64,000 nt of DNA, taken from Gammaproteobacteria bacterium (GTDB lineage: Bacteria > Pseudomonadota > Gammaproteobacteria > Ga0077536). Below, in pieces: positions 41,579-51,621 of the stretch. Both the position numbers and the translations under genes were made by a program. The notes under the pieces are model-generated. The model was not told the DNA's origin. It searched no databases and saw only the letters and a program-made list of their open reading frames with translations. The stretch is from contig JBLFWZ010000001.1 of the NCBI GenBank assembly GCA_047611905.1, positions 15,455-79,454 of the forward strand, read 5' to 3'. Position 1 is the stretch's first letter; each line of letters opens with the position of its first letter.

Positions 41579-42457
41579 ATGACCACCACTATCCTTTTTT
41601 ACAACACCCATCTGTTCCTCGACACCCACCCGGTGCGACGTACGATTCTTGACGATGAGGAGAGAACGGACGCGATCGTCAGATCGATTCTTCGCCGGCG
41701 ACCCGAGATTGTCGCGCTGTGCGAAGTGTGGGCGGAGGCGCGTGCGTCCCGCGTGGCCCGAGGGTTGGAACGAGACTATCCGTTCCACTTCCGACCCGAG
41801 ACCCGGGCGGGATTTGCACTCTCTTCGGGGTTGCTGCTGATGAGCCGGCTCCCGATACGGAAGGCGGAGTTCACCCCGTACTACGACTCCCCCGATCACC
41901 GTCGCGCCGATATGGGGTTCGTCACCGCGGCTCTCTCCAGACCCGATACCGACGAACTCACTTGCCGCTTGATCATGACCCACGACCAGGCAACCTTTGA
42001 CGACGATGTCGAACGATACGCCAAGATCCGTTCTCAAAACCGCACTCGAATTATCCAACGAGCCAACGAATTCCCACCCGACAATGTGCCGCTCATCGTG
42101 ACCGGGGATTTGAACGTTATCGGTGAGACGACGGAGTATGAATCCATGCGCGAGCAGTACGAGGACCTCGGTCTGATCGACATGTGGATGACCCATCACA
42201 GCGAGTCGCCTTCCGCCCCGACAGCGCCTGAAGGATTGACGTACAGCGGCTCCGCCAATCCTTTGATCGAGGCGTTCGACGGCAAAGAAATGGCGCGCTC
42301 GGAAGAACGCCTCGACTACGTTTGGGTGTCGGCGTCGACCCGGCCCGGCTGGCGCAAGTGTTCGGTTGAACGTCACGCCTACGAGTACCGGCATTCGGCA
42401 ACCGAAATCTGGCCGGCTTCCGATCACTACCCGCTGGAGGCCTCGCTGGACCTTTGA
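41579..42457 (+). CDS. endonuclease/exonuclease/phosphatase (EEP) family phosphoesterase (sphingomyelinase-C-like fold)
   Basis: Start at MTTTILFYNTHLF; catalytic motifs LCEVW, TGDLN, SDHYPL; lies in the GC-rich block. Confidence 0.65.
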   Translation: MTTTILFYNTHLFLDTHPVRRTILDDEERTDAIVRSILRRRPEIVALCEVWAEARASRVARGLERDYPFHFRPETRAGFALSSGLLLMSRLPIRKAEFTPYYDSPDHRRADMGFVTAALSRPDTDELTCRLIMTHDQATFDDDVERYAKIRSQNRTRIIQRANEFPPDNVPLIVTGDLNVIGETTEYESMREQYEDLGLIDMWMTHHSESPSAPTAPEGLTYSGSANPLIEAFDGKEMARSEERLDYVWVSASTRPGWRKCSVERHAYEYRHSATEIWPASDHYPLEASLDL

Positions 42458-42785
42458 GAACTGCCGCCCAGCCCGTCGGATCGGGTGAAGAGTTCTGAAA
42501 AGCGGGGTGAGTTGGTGCTGATTGGTCACTAAGGTGCACTCGAAACCCGCACCGCCGAGCAACATCGGTTACCCTATCGACTCGCGATCGCACACATGCA
42601 TGGTTGCATGGTCGAGGATCGCGCTGGCTGCGAGGCCAGCTGTGCTGAATCCAGAGCGCAATGTGGCGCTTTCCCTTGATTCTAGGTACTAAGACCTACT
42701 CGGGACGCCCGAGGACGACTGATCTCGTCCGGTCTCCGGCCGACGGTTTTTATTTTTACGAACGACAATTCGCAAGGAGCCGCAG

Positions 42786-44027
42786 ATGCCGCGACAGATT
42801 AGGGATTTCATGCCGGAGGAGCTCGAATTTCAGATGTTCGTGCTGGACGAGCTGGCCGACGAGCTCGCAGCCCAAGGCGCTGACGTGCTCAAGCTCACGA
42901 TTGGCGTGGCGGACCTCCCTACGCCGAAGGTGGTTCTCGATCGCATCATGGAAAAACTGGTCGATCCGGACTTCGTGCGTCGCGTATACCCCGAGGGACT
43001 TCCCGAGCTTCGTGAGGCAATTGCCGCCCACTATCATCGCCGCTATCGCGCAGACGTCTCGATGGACAACGTCATCGTCAATACCGGCACCTCACCGCTA
43101 TTCCGTAACATCTTCCAACTTGTCGCCTCGCCCGGTCAGGAAATCTTGCTGCCGCGTCCGTATTACGCGCTCTATGCATACTGCGCTACCCTCGCCGGAG
43201 CGACGGTAAAATTCTACGGCATCGACCTCGACACGAAGCGCGTCGACATGGACTCGTTTCGGCGTAACTTCTCTGCGGAACGAACCGCCCTGGTCGTCAT
43301 TAACTCGCCAGGCAATCCCATTGGGAACGTTGTCACCGAGGACGAATACCGCGAGATTTATCGCATCGTCGACCGCCAGGCCTATGTGCTGAACGACGAG
43401 ATCTACAACAACACGATGTTCTACGACGAGTTCCGCACCCCCTTGGAATTCCTGCCCGAGTACAACGAGGAGGTGACGATCGTCACTAACAGCTTCTCCA
43501 AAGGTTTTCGCCTCTATACGAAACGCGTCGGCTTCGCGATCGTGCCGAAGGATCTGCAACGCAACCTACGCGTAATGCAGCAACATACCTTGCTCTGCAC
43601 TGATCCTTGCTACCAATATGCGATGATCGGCGCCCTGGAAGACGACGCTAGCCCCGAAGAGCTAAACCGGGTATTCCGCAGCCGGGCCGAATATACGACG
43701 AGCCAACTCGCTGATACGGGGTGCACCCCCATCGCCGCAGATGGCGGGTTCTACGCAATGCTGCGGTGCGAGGACTGGAACAATTCGCTGGGCTTTGCCT
43801 CCTCGAAGGAGCTTGCCCGGGATATATTGGAGAAAGCCCATGTCGCGGTCGTCCCCGGCACCGATTTCGGGGTGCCGCACGATCTGCGGTTGTCGTTTTG
43901 CTGCGACCGATACACGGTCGCAATCGACCGGTTGAAAAAATACTTCAGCTCTCAACGCGCGGTTGGAGGAGCAACGCGGTCCAACAGTGAGCCAAGTATA
44001 CTCACCTCGGAAGCAACCCAGAGATGA
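42786..44027 (+). CDS. class I/II PLP-dependent aminotransferase
   Basis: 413 aa; PLP-lysine motif SFSKGF, NSPGNPIG; AAGGAG RBS; stop overlaps the next ORF start (ATGA). Confidence 0.8.
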   Translation: MPRQIRDFMPEELEFQMFVLDELADELAAQGADVLKLTIGVADLPTPKVVLDRIMEKLVDPDFVRRVYPEGLPELREAIAAHYHRRYRADVSMDNVIVNTGTSPLFRNIFQLVASPGQEILLPRPYYALYAYCATLAGATVKFYGIDLDTKRVDMDSFRRNFSAERTALVVINSPGNPIGNVVTEDEYREIYRIVDRQAYVLNDEIYNNTMFYDEFRTPLEFLPEYNEEVTIVTNSFSKGFRLYTKRVGFAIVPKDLQRNLRVMQQHTLLCTDPCYQYAMIGALEDDASPEELNRVFRSRAEYTTSQLADTGCTPIAADGGFYAMLRCEDWNNSLGFASSKELARDILEKAHVAVVPGTDFGVPHDLRLSFCCDRYTVAIDRLKKYFSSQRAVGGATRSNSEPSILTSEATQR

Positions 44028-44338
44028 AGGCAGCCGTGGTCGCGGCTGGAATTGGCGCTGCATTCGGAAATTCGCGGACTCTCAACCTAACCGATATCCT
44101 CTTGCATTTTGATGGCCGATCGCTCTGCTGTCGCTACGTCGATGCGCTGAATCATAGCGGTATTGAGGAACCAGTGCGCGGCGTCGGATTCAACCTGGAC
44201 GGGATCGATTACTCATTGGACGTCGTGCGGACAAAAGCCGAAATCCTGCCGCGTCTCCGCGGCTCGATCCGCCCCGCCTGCCCCAACGAGGTGACCGATG
44301 TCGTGACAGGCCGAATGCACAAACACGAACGATGTTAG
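44024..44338 (+). CDS. hypothetical protein (104 aa), translationally coupled
   Basis: ATGA overlap with the aminotransferase stop and ATGTTAG overlap with the LicD-like start; GC-rich codon usage like its neighbours; no recognisable domain. Confidence 0.45.
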   Translation: MKAAVVAAGIGAAFGNSRTLNLTDILLHFDGRSLCCRYVDALNHSGIEEPVRGVGFNLDGIDYSLDVVRTKAEILPRLRGSIRPACPNEVTDVVTGRMHKHERC

Positions 44339-45624
44339 ACATCCAGGCCGATGGGCTTGTCGGCATCGCTATCGGCGTTGTCCTCTACGCGGCGACCTAT
44401 CTGTCGTTCGTTCGGATTCTGCGATTTCCTAGAAACTGGCTGCGTCCCGATCTCTCGGCATTGCTTCCCACGGGTGGGCTCGCCGCAATGCTGCTCGCGC
44501 ACGTGGCGCTGAGCGAAGGGACCGACATGGTCGCCCTGGGGGTGGCGGCCGGCTTGCTTGGCCTCTTGTTCTACACTATCGCGGCCCCGGCGATGGCCTT
44601 CCGACCGGCTTCCCGCCCCATCGAGTTCCTGGCCCGACACGGGGACGCGGCGGCTCTTTTTATCCTCGCACCAGCGGCCATCGCCGGGTATTTCATCTCG
44701 AATTTGCCACTGCGGGGGGCGCTCGCTGCCGCCGCGACCATCGAGCTAGCGTGGTATCTACAGCGCCTCCGGGCCGACTGGCAGCGTCCGCTATTTCAGA
44801 TTCTGGGTCCCGACCTGGTGGTTCTCGAGACCCAGGCCAAGGGGGATATTGAGGGCTTCGCAAAACGCCACGGCATCGGCGAGCTGGTGCTGTCACACGG
44901 TGCGGTCGGTTGGCGCGGCTGCGATAGGTCTACGTCGCCATGTCCGTTCAATCTCTATGTCAATCGCCTGGGACTGAATACCGCGCCCTGCTGCCGCGAG
45001 CGTATGAAAGATATCTGCCACGCAGTTGGAGGCTGGCTCGAGGACATGGGAATCGTCTATTGGCTCGAAGGCGGCACGTTGCTCGGGGCAGTGCGCGAGA
45101 ATGGCACTCTTCTCCAGTGGGAGGATGACGTGGACGTATCCGTTGTCCTCGACGACGACCGCGCTTGGGATGCACTGGTGACGGGGGTTGCCAAGCGTGG
45201 TGCTCGCGATGGGTATTTTGTGGACGTCTTCAAGCGAGGGGGGCTGATCGCGATTTCCCACGCCTTCCCCCGGCGCGCGCCCCTGCGCTGGGAGAACTAT
45301 CGACTGCGCGGAGAGATCCGGCTCGATCTGGCCGTATACCGCCCCGCGCTTAGCCAAGGGGAACCCGTGCTCGAGAGACGCTCGTCGAAGGGCTCCATGC
45401 CCGCCACCGACAGTGGGGGCTTCGGGGTGGCACGCGAACTCGTCTTGCCAACCTCGACCATTAGTCTGCTTGGCCGTGATTTCGCCGCCCCGGGGCGGCC
45501 CGAGGATTATCTGCGTGTCCTATATGGTGACTTCAACCGAATCGCGTACTCCTACGTAGACGCCGGACCTGCCGAGGCCCGCCGCGATCTCGACAGTGCC
45601 GCGCCTCCGGGGTCAGGCGGCTGA
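44332..45624 (+). CDS. membrane-anchored LicD-family phosphotransferase
   Basis: 430 aa; four N-terminal hydrophobic helices then LicD nucleotidyltransferase-fold motif YWLEGGTLLGAVRENGTLLQWEDDVDV. Confidence 0.7.
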   Translation: MLDIQADGLVGIAIGVVLYAATYLSFVRILRFPRNWLRPDLSALLPTGGLAAMLLAHVALSEGTDMVALGVAAGLLGLLFYTIAAPAMAFRPASRPIEFLARHGDAAALFILAPAAIAGYFISNLPLRGALAAAATIELAWYLQRLRADWQRPLFQILGPDLVVLETQAKGDIEGFAKRHGIGELVLSHGAVGWRGCDRSTSPCPFNLYVNRLGLNTAPCCRERMKDICHAVGGWLEDMGIVYWLEGGTLLGAVRENGTLLQWEDDVDVSVVLDDDRAWDALVTGVAKRGARDGYFVDVFKRGGLIAISHAFPRRAPLRWENYRLRGEIRLDLAVYRPALSQGEPVLERRSSKGSMPATDSGGFGVARELVLPTSTISLLGRDFAAPGRPEDYLRVLYGDFNRIAYSYVDAGPAEARRDLDSAAPPGSGG

Positions 45625-45752
45625 AGTCGTCAGTACGCAATCCGATAAAGCAGAACTGCAGGACACGCATGAATTGATGCAGCGCCGATCTTCGTAGCCT
45701 CGCGCAGTGGCAGCAGCAGATAAATCTAACGGGTTGATTCTAAAAATCGTAA

Positions 45753-45983
45753 CTTTTTTTATTTACGATGAGATCATCACGAGATTTCAGCGATGCTGAG
45801 GCCGCGCTGTCCTTGCTCATCGAAACGTTGGGCGAAGAGAGAATACTGTTTGGCACGGATTATCCTTTTCCTTCGGGCGACACGACACCAGGTAAATTAA
45901 TCGCAAATCATGGGGCTTTGAACGACGAGCAAAAAGACCGCCTACTGAAAGGGAATGCTAAAGCGTTTTCTCGGTTGGGTTAG
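45753..45983 (+). pseudogene. C-terminal fragment of amidohydrolase-2 (PF04909-like) gene
   Basis: Only about 75 codons open after a TAA; FGTDYPFP motif typical of amidohydrolase-2 C-terminus; no N-terminal part present. Confidence 0.55.
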
Positions 45984-46744
45984 TAGAGAGGAACACGATG
46001 CGGTTCGTATTTGTACACCGCGGCTAGCACTCGAGAATGTCAAACCGCCTCGGACTTTGGCGCTTGATGCGAATGCCAAGTGATCACGAGGCGCGCGTAA
46101 CTAACTGTGGTCGCAAAGTCCCGAGCCGACAGACAGCGTCAGAGAACGCCGAGGCCTAGATAGGTTAAGAATTGTTGGATACGTGCCCTCTGTTAGGGGT
46201 CTATCCGTTTGGCGCGGTATCTCCCGGCAGGTGTCTAACAAAGCACGAGGTAGGAAACCGCGGAGTCGAGCTTCTCCGCAAGCGCTGTGGAGCCAAGATC
46301 ACAAAACATGACCGTAATTTGACGGCGCTTGGCTTCAGGTGGTAACGATTGCATGGCCTGCTTCGTAGCAGATTGCTCTACAGGTCGCCCAGCGTCTCAT
46401 CGTCAAGTTCAAACTCCCGCTTGAGCGCTCGACACGACATACGCCCAGACTGTTGGAGCAATGCGGTGGCTTGTTTGGCGATTTCGGAAAACTTCACCGA
46501 CTCGACCCCCTCTCACTCGGTCGGGACATAAAAGCAGGAAAGTCGCTTCAAGACAATCATATGACGGGTTAGGACGCGAACACTGAAATTGAGCGTCCGA
46601 TTGTATATATCTGTACTCAATGACTGGCGTCGCGATGGCGTCCGCCTAATAACATTAAACAATCATCATCCATCGGGGATAAAACCACGCCTACCGGAAA
46701 CGGAATGGAGATATTTTCGCTTACAGCAACGTCATTTATAAACT

Positions 46745-46818
46745 TCCCGAGCGAAGGCGACGTTATGTCTGCGACAAGTAATCCCGAGCGAAGGCGACGT
46801 TATGTCTGCGACAAGTAA
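46745..46818 (+). repeat. perfect 37-bp tandem duplication (2 copies)
   Basis: CCCGAGCGAAGGCGACGTTATGTCTGCGACAAGTAAT at 46745-46781 and 46782-46818; duplicates RBS, start and first six codons of ORF 46802. Confidence 0.9.
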
Positions 46819-47194
46819 TTTAGAGGATGAGGTGACGCGCGAAATAACCGGCGCGGTCTTGCTTACGATGAACTTCAAAACGACTCGCATGAAAATCGGA
46901 ATTTATACCAGCGCCGCTAGTGTATTTTCGGAACAGGGTGACTACTTAAACGGTGAAGGCAGTGGATGTTCTGAAAACACTGGCGATCACAAATGGCGAG
47001 TGCGCGGCCACGACATATTGTCCGATGGAAGCATTATTGCGGCGGGAGGCGAAATGCGTCTTGCAACCCGGACCTATAGCGCCATTGAACATACCGAGAA
47101 TGTCTCTTGTTGGCCGATTTGCGTCCGTCCAAACATCATTTCCTTGTTGCTTGAACTTCCGTTTAGCGGAAGCGGGTTGAAGAGCCTATGGTAA
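46802..47194 (+). CDS. hypothetical protein (130 aa)
   Basis: ATG preceded by AAGGCGA; no recognisable domain; lies in a region of gene debris, so may be a decaying gene. Confidence 0.25.
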   Translation: MSATSNLEDEVTREITGAVLLTMNFKTTRMKIGIYTSAASVFSEQGDYLNGEGSGCSENTGDHKWRVRGHDILSDGSIIAAGGEMRLATRTYSAIEHTENVSCWPICVRPNIISLLLELPFSGSGLKSLW

Positions 47195-47481
47195 ATTAAT
47201 ATCCATCCGTCAGCATTGCCGGAAATGATAATTATCGGCAATGTTGACGGATGGAACAAATCCACGCCAGTCGACCAAAACATCTCTCAAGATTTCAGAT
47301 ATCTCCGTCCCATGATGAATTAGCAGCGCACCTAACAATGGGATCAAGACGACGTGTTAAAGTCGAGATCCTTCGGGAGACTTCGCTCTTTCCCCTCGGG
47401 AAAGGCCACGATGACCGGCGGGTTCTGAGACTTACATCGAACCCCGCTCACTGGCGTTATGAAACTTCGAGGGACGTTCGC

Positions 47482-48464
47482 GTGAACCTCGGTTTACTGC
47501 TACCCAATCAGGGTGTCGTTTTCGGCGCAACCACGGTTTCCGAACTCCTCGAACTTGCAGAGCAAGCGGAAAGCTCAGGTGCGTTTGAAAGTCCTTGGGT
47601 CGGCGACAACCTACTCGCAAAGCCTCGGTTAGAATCGGTGACGTTGCTCTCAGCGCTTGCCGCGCGTACCAAACATTGTCGACTCGGTACGGCGTGTATG
47701 GCGAGTTTCCCGCTTCGCCATCCGGTGGTGCTCGCCGCGCAGTGGGGCGCGCTCGATTGTCTTGCCGAAGGTAGGACGGTACTAACCGCCTGTATCGGCG
47801 GAGGTAGTGCGAAAGGCAATATCGCGGGCGCGTTCAATTCGGAATACGCTGCGATGCAAATCGATCCGCGCGAGCGTACTGCCCGAATGGAAGAGGGTAT
47901 CGATGTGCTTCGCATTTTGTGGACCGAAGATCCGGCAAGTTTCGAGGGACGCTTCTATCGTTTCGAGGATATCGCAGTACGCCCCCAACCCGCTACGTGC
48001 CCATCGATTTGGATCGCGAACAACCCGTGGGTATTCGGGGATATAGAGTCGGGCCCGAACCGCAAGCAGGTAGAGCGCGTGGCTAGGCTTGCTGATGGTT
48101 GGATGACAGTCGGCGCAACGCCGAAGCAATTCGCTACGGCTTGGCAAGCGATTGTCACGGCCGCTGGTGAGCATGGCAGAGACGCGACTAGATTGGAAAA
48201 TTCGATGTACTTCAATCTTAATATCAACGACGACCGGGAAGTCGCGTATACGGAAAGTAAGCGGTTCCTCGATGAGTACTAGCTCCACTCTGGCCAGAGT
48301 GGAAAGTTAATGTGTGGACGGGTTACGGATCACCAACGGAGTGCGTCGAGCGCTTACGTGCCTTTGACAAGGTGGGAGTGCAAAACATGATCATTCGTTT
48401 CCCTTCCTACGACCAGAAACATCAGCTCAAACGGTTCCTTGCCGAGGTCGTTCCGCAGCTTTAA
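47482..48464 (+). pseudogene. LLM-class (luciferase-like) flavin-dependent oxidoreductase, frameshifted near 48275-48300
   Basis: N-terminal 266 codons in one frame end at 48282; the conserved LLM C-terminus (WTGYGSPTECVERLRAFDKVGVQNMIIRFPSYDQKHQLKRFLAEVVPQL) continues in another frame to 48464. Confidence 0.65.
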
Positions 48465-48693
48465 TAGCTTTCACCGCCGCGATGATCGTTCACGTTATGA
48501 GCTTAGACGTTTGCGCCGGGACTAATCTATAGGTGAGTTCGAGCTAGTCGATTTATTTGTTCGTCAATGGAAGCGTGCCCAACGATCTTTATGGCGTTCA
48601 CTTCTACGCCGCCAGAATCTCTTGTGTTGACATCCTTGGCGCCGAAATAATTTGCGGTACGATATAAATCTCAATTATTGATGAGACGAATCT

Positions 48694-49674
48694 ATGAATG
48701 CCGTGCTATGCAAAGAATACTGTACGCCGAGCGAGCTAGTCGTTGAAAATAGACCACCGCCGAGCGCCGGACCCGGGCAGGTGCTAGTAACCATGCAGGC
48801 GGCGGGTGTTAATTTCGCCGACTCACTCATCATTCAAGGCAAATACCAGTTCAAGCCTGAGTTTCCGTTTTCGCCGGGGCTTGAAGGCGCGGGTGTCATC
48901 CGCGAGCTAGGGCCTCAGGTTAGCCAATTTAAGGAAGGAGATCGGGTGATGGTGCATCCGATGGCTGCCGGCGCTTTTGCCGAGGAGTTGGTTAGCGATG
49001 CGATCACAACATGGAAAATCCCTTCGCAATTGGATTTCGCAACCGCAGCTGGATTCTGCGTTTCCCACGGCACTTCCTATCATGCACTGAAAGATCGTGC
49101 CCAATTGGTTTCCGGCGAGACGTTACTCGTGTTGGGAGCCGCGGGTGGTGTCGGGCTTGCCGCCGTGGAACTTGGCAAGGTGATGGGCGCTAACGTCATT
49201 GCCGCGGCATCCACGCCGGAAAAGCTTGCGCTGTGTAAGCGCTACGGTGCTGATGAAACCATCAATTACACCTCCGAAGATCTGCGCGCAAGAGTCAAGG
49301 AAATTACTGGCGGGCAGGGTGTTGATGTCGTATACGATCCTGTCGGTGGGGAGAGCGGCGTGGCAGCATTTCGAAGTCTACGGCCGGGTGGACGATTCCT
49401 CGTTGTAGGCTTTGCCGGTGGTGAGGTGCCGGCGATCCCCATTAATCTCGTCTTGATCAAGCGTTCGAACTTGCTTGGCGTTTTTCTCGGTAACTGGATC
49501 CTTGCTCACGAAGCAGCTGCGCGATCGACTATGCAGGAGCTCTGCACTTTCGCAATCGAGGGCCGTATCCGTCCGCATATATCGGCACGTTATCCGCTCG
49601 AACGCGCTGGTGAGGCAATCGACCATGTGGCGCAGCGTAAAGTCGAGGGTAAAGTAGTGATCGACATAGGGTAA
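48694..49674 (+). CDS. NADPH:quinone oxidoreductase / zinc-type MDR dehydrogenase family
   Basis: 326 aa; GroES-like N-terminus, Rossmann LVLGAAGGVGLAAV. Confidence 0.8.
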   Translation: MNAVLCKEYCTPSELVVENRPPPSAGPGQVLVTMQAAGVNFADSLIIQGKYQFKPEFPFSPGLEGAGVIRELGPQVSQFKEGDRVMVHPMAAGAFAEELVSDAITTWKIPSQLDFATAAGFCVSHGTSYHALKDRAQLVSGETLLVLGAAGGVGLAAVELGKVMGANVIAAASTPEKLALCKRYGADETINYTSEDLRARVKEITGGQGVDVVYDPVGGESGVAAFRSLRPGGRFLVVGFAGGEVPAIPINLVLIKRSNLLGVFLGNWILAHEAAARSTMQELCTFAIEGRIRPHISARYPLERAGEAIDHVAQRKVEGKVVIDIG

Positions 49675-49940
49675 GGTTCAACGCTACTGAGCATGCAGGT
49701 CGACGTTGACGACCCTCGAGAGTTGCCGGAGAGCTGCGGGGCTCGCGCCATCGAACCCGTTAGTTGAACCGGACAGAAGCTATACCCTTTCGGCGTAGGG
49801 CAATGAATAGGGAAGCAACCAGTGCGATTTCTGAATCGCTTGGCGCGATCTTCATCGCGATCTCGCTAAATTAGGCAGCCACTTAGATCAGATAGAATTC
49901 GCTATGCTGAACGCGAGCTCGCGGTAGGGGCCGGCGGCGA

Positions 49941-50756
49941 CTATTCCGAGGCTATGCGGCGAATGATGTAACCGCCCGAACGTTCGTCGAGTTCGAGATC
50001 GAGATAACCGCGGCTTTGTGCTTCTTCGAGGAGTTTATTGAAAGATCGAACACCATAAGAGCTTTCGCTAAAGCCTGGACGGCGGCGTTTCAAAGCTTGC
50101 TTAATCATCGAACCCCACAAGCGGTCCTCGTCGCCACGTTCGTTGTGCAGTGCGTCTGCCGTCTCGATGACTAAGTCGATAGCTTCCTGCAATGGGTCTT
50201 CCGTCTGCGATTTAGTTTGATCTTTCGTCGCCGGCTTCTTCGTTTTAGGTTTTTGTCGGGCTTTGTCCGCGGCTTGCTCTTGGCTCACAAGATCGTCATA
50301 GAAAATGAACTCGTCGCAATTGCTCATTAGCAAATCAGACGTCGAGTTTTTAACGCCAACTCCTATGACGGTTTTCGCGTTTTCTCGCAACTTGCTCACG
50401 AGCGGCGAAAAGTCCGAGTCGCCGCTTATTATCACGAACGTATCCACATGAGACTTTGTGTAGCATAAGTCCAGTGCATCCACGACCATGCGAATATCGG
50501 CCGAGTTTTTGCCTGATTGGCGCACATGCGGTATCTCGATTAACTCGAAAGCCGCCTCGTGCATTGCTTCTTTGAAGTCTTTATAGCGATCCCAATCGCA
50601 GTAAGCTTTCTTTACCACGATGCTGCCTTTTACCAAGAGACGTTCGAGAACGCGCTTGATATTGAATTTCGCGTACTTCGCGTCGCGGACGCCGAGCGCA
50701 ATGTTCTCGAAATCACAAAACACTGCTAGATTTAAATTCTCGAGTTGATTCGCCAT
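49941..50756 (-). CDS. NYN (LabA-like PIN-type nuclease) domain protein with C-terminal OST-HTH/LOTUS domain
   Basis: 271 aa; NYN motifs (LAVFCDFENI, ISGDSDFSPLV), Lys-rich linker, C-terminal helical domain; AGGAA RBS. Confidence 0.65.
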   Translation of the reverse strand: MANQLENLNLAVFCDFENIALGVRDAKYAKFNIKRVLERLLVKGSIVVKKAYCDWDRYKDFKEAMHEAAFELIEIPHVRQSGKNSADIRMVVDALDLCYTKSHVDTFVIISGDSDFSPLVSKLRENAKTVIGVGVKNSTSDLLMSNCDEFIFYDDLVSQEQAADKARQKPKTKKPATKDQTKSQTEDPLQEAIDLVIETADALHNERGDEDRLWGSMIKQALKRRRPGFSESSYGVRSFNKLLEEAQSRGYLDLELDERSGGYIIRRIASE

Positions 50757-51076
50757 GGTCAGTTCCTAAGTTAGAATGCGGTGGTCTTAATATGAACGAC
50801 TGGCACATTGGCAGCGGATCCTTTCCGTGGCCGTGCCGGTCGGCTCAATTAATCGTGCCGTGGATGCGGAAAACGATGAGGCCCCCTTTGGATAATATAG
50901 CTGAGATAGTCCGGTCGTGTTTTGATATCGTGATACAGGCGATCGATGCGTCTAGATTCGAGTACAAAAGCGCAGCAAAGACGATAGATCCGATTTCTCG
51001 ATCTTTTTCGGATGCATAGTAATACCACCCGATTAGCGTTATCTTCAGTGGCAAATTCGACAAGAGAGACACCGCG

Positions 51077-51589
51077 ATGGATACGGAGTTGAAAGACTTA
51101 ATCACTGACGTGCAGCAGATGTATCGCGCTGACGCAGAAAAAGCAAAACTGACATTCAAGACTTCGTCGAATCTGGGCGGTCGCTTTCGTTCGGACGTAC
51201 GGATCCGTGAGCATGAGATGGTTATCGATGAACCGGCCGCGATTGGCGGTACCGATATGGGTCCTAGTCCTGTGGAAGTCATTCTCGCCGCGCTCGGCAG
51301 CTGTCAAGAAATTACTTACCGGGCGTATGCGACGGCGATGGGAATCGAAATTGATGACGTATCGGTAACCCTCGAAGGCGATATCGATTTCAGAGGCTTT
51401 TTTGCCGTGGACGAATCCGTGCGACCGGGTTTCAATAAAATTCGTGCGTGCGTCGCAATTGAATCGAACGCATCGGCTGCGGATCTCGAGAAACTCCGAG
51501 ATGCGGTCGATGGACATTGCCCGGTGTTGGATATTTTAAGTAACCCCGTGCCGGTGGAATTAGACGTCGTAATCAACTCAAGTCAGTAA
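51077..51589 (+). CDS. OsmC family peroxiredoxin-like protein
   Basis: 170 aa; OsmC/Ohr fold motifs (GPSPVEVILAALGSCQEIT, GHCPV). Confidence 0.8.
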   Translation: MDTELKDLITDVQQMYRADAEKAKLTFKTSSNLGGRFRSDVRIREHEMVIDEPAAIGGTDMGPSPVEVILAALGSCQEITYRAYATAMGIEIDDVSVTLEGDIDFRGFFAVDESVRPGFNKIRACVAIESNASAADLEKLRDAVDGHCPVLDILSNPVPVELDVVINSSQ

Positions 51590-51621
51590 CGTGATCAACG
51601 GGCAGTTCGATTTAGCCGTGC

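Noticed and set aside
46745-46818. CRISPR-like array
   Set aside because: Only two directly abutting copies of a 37-mer with no spacers; it is a simple tandem duplication. No other spaced repeats were seen anywhere in the window.
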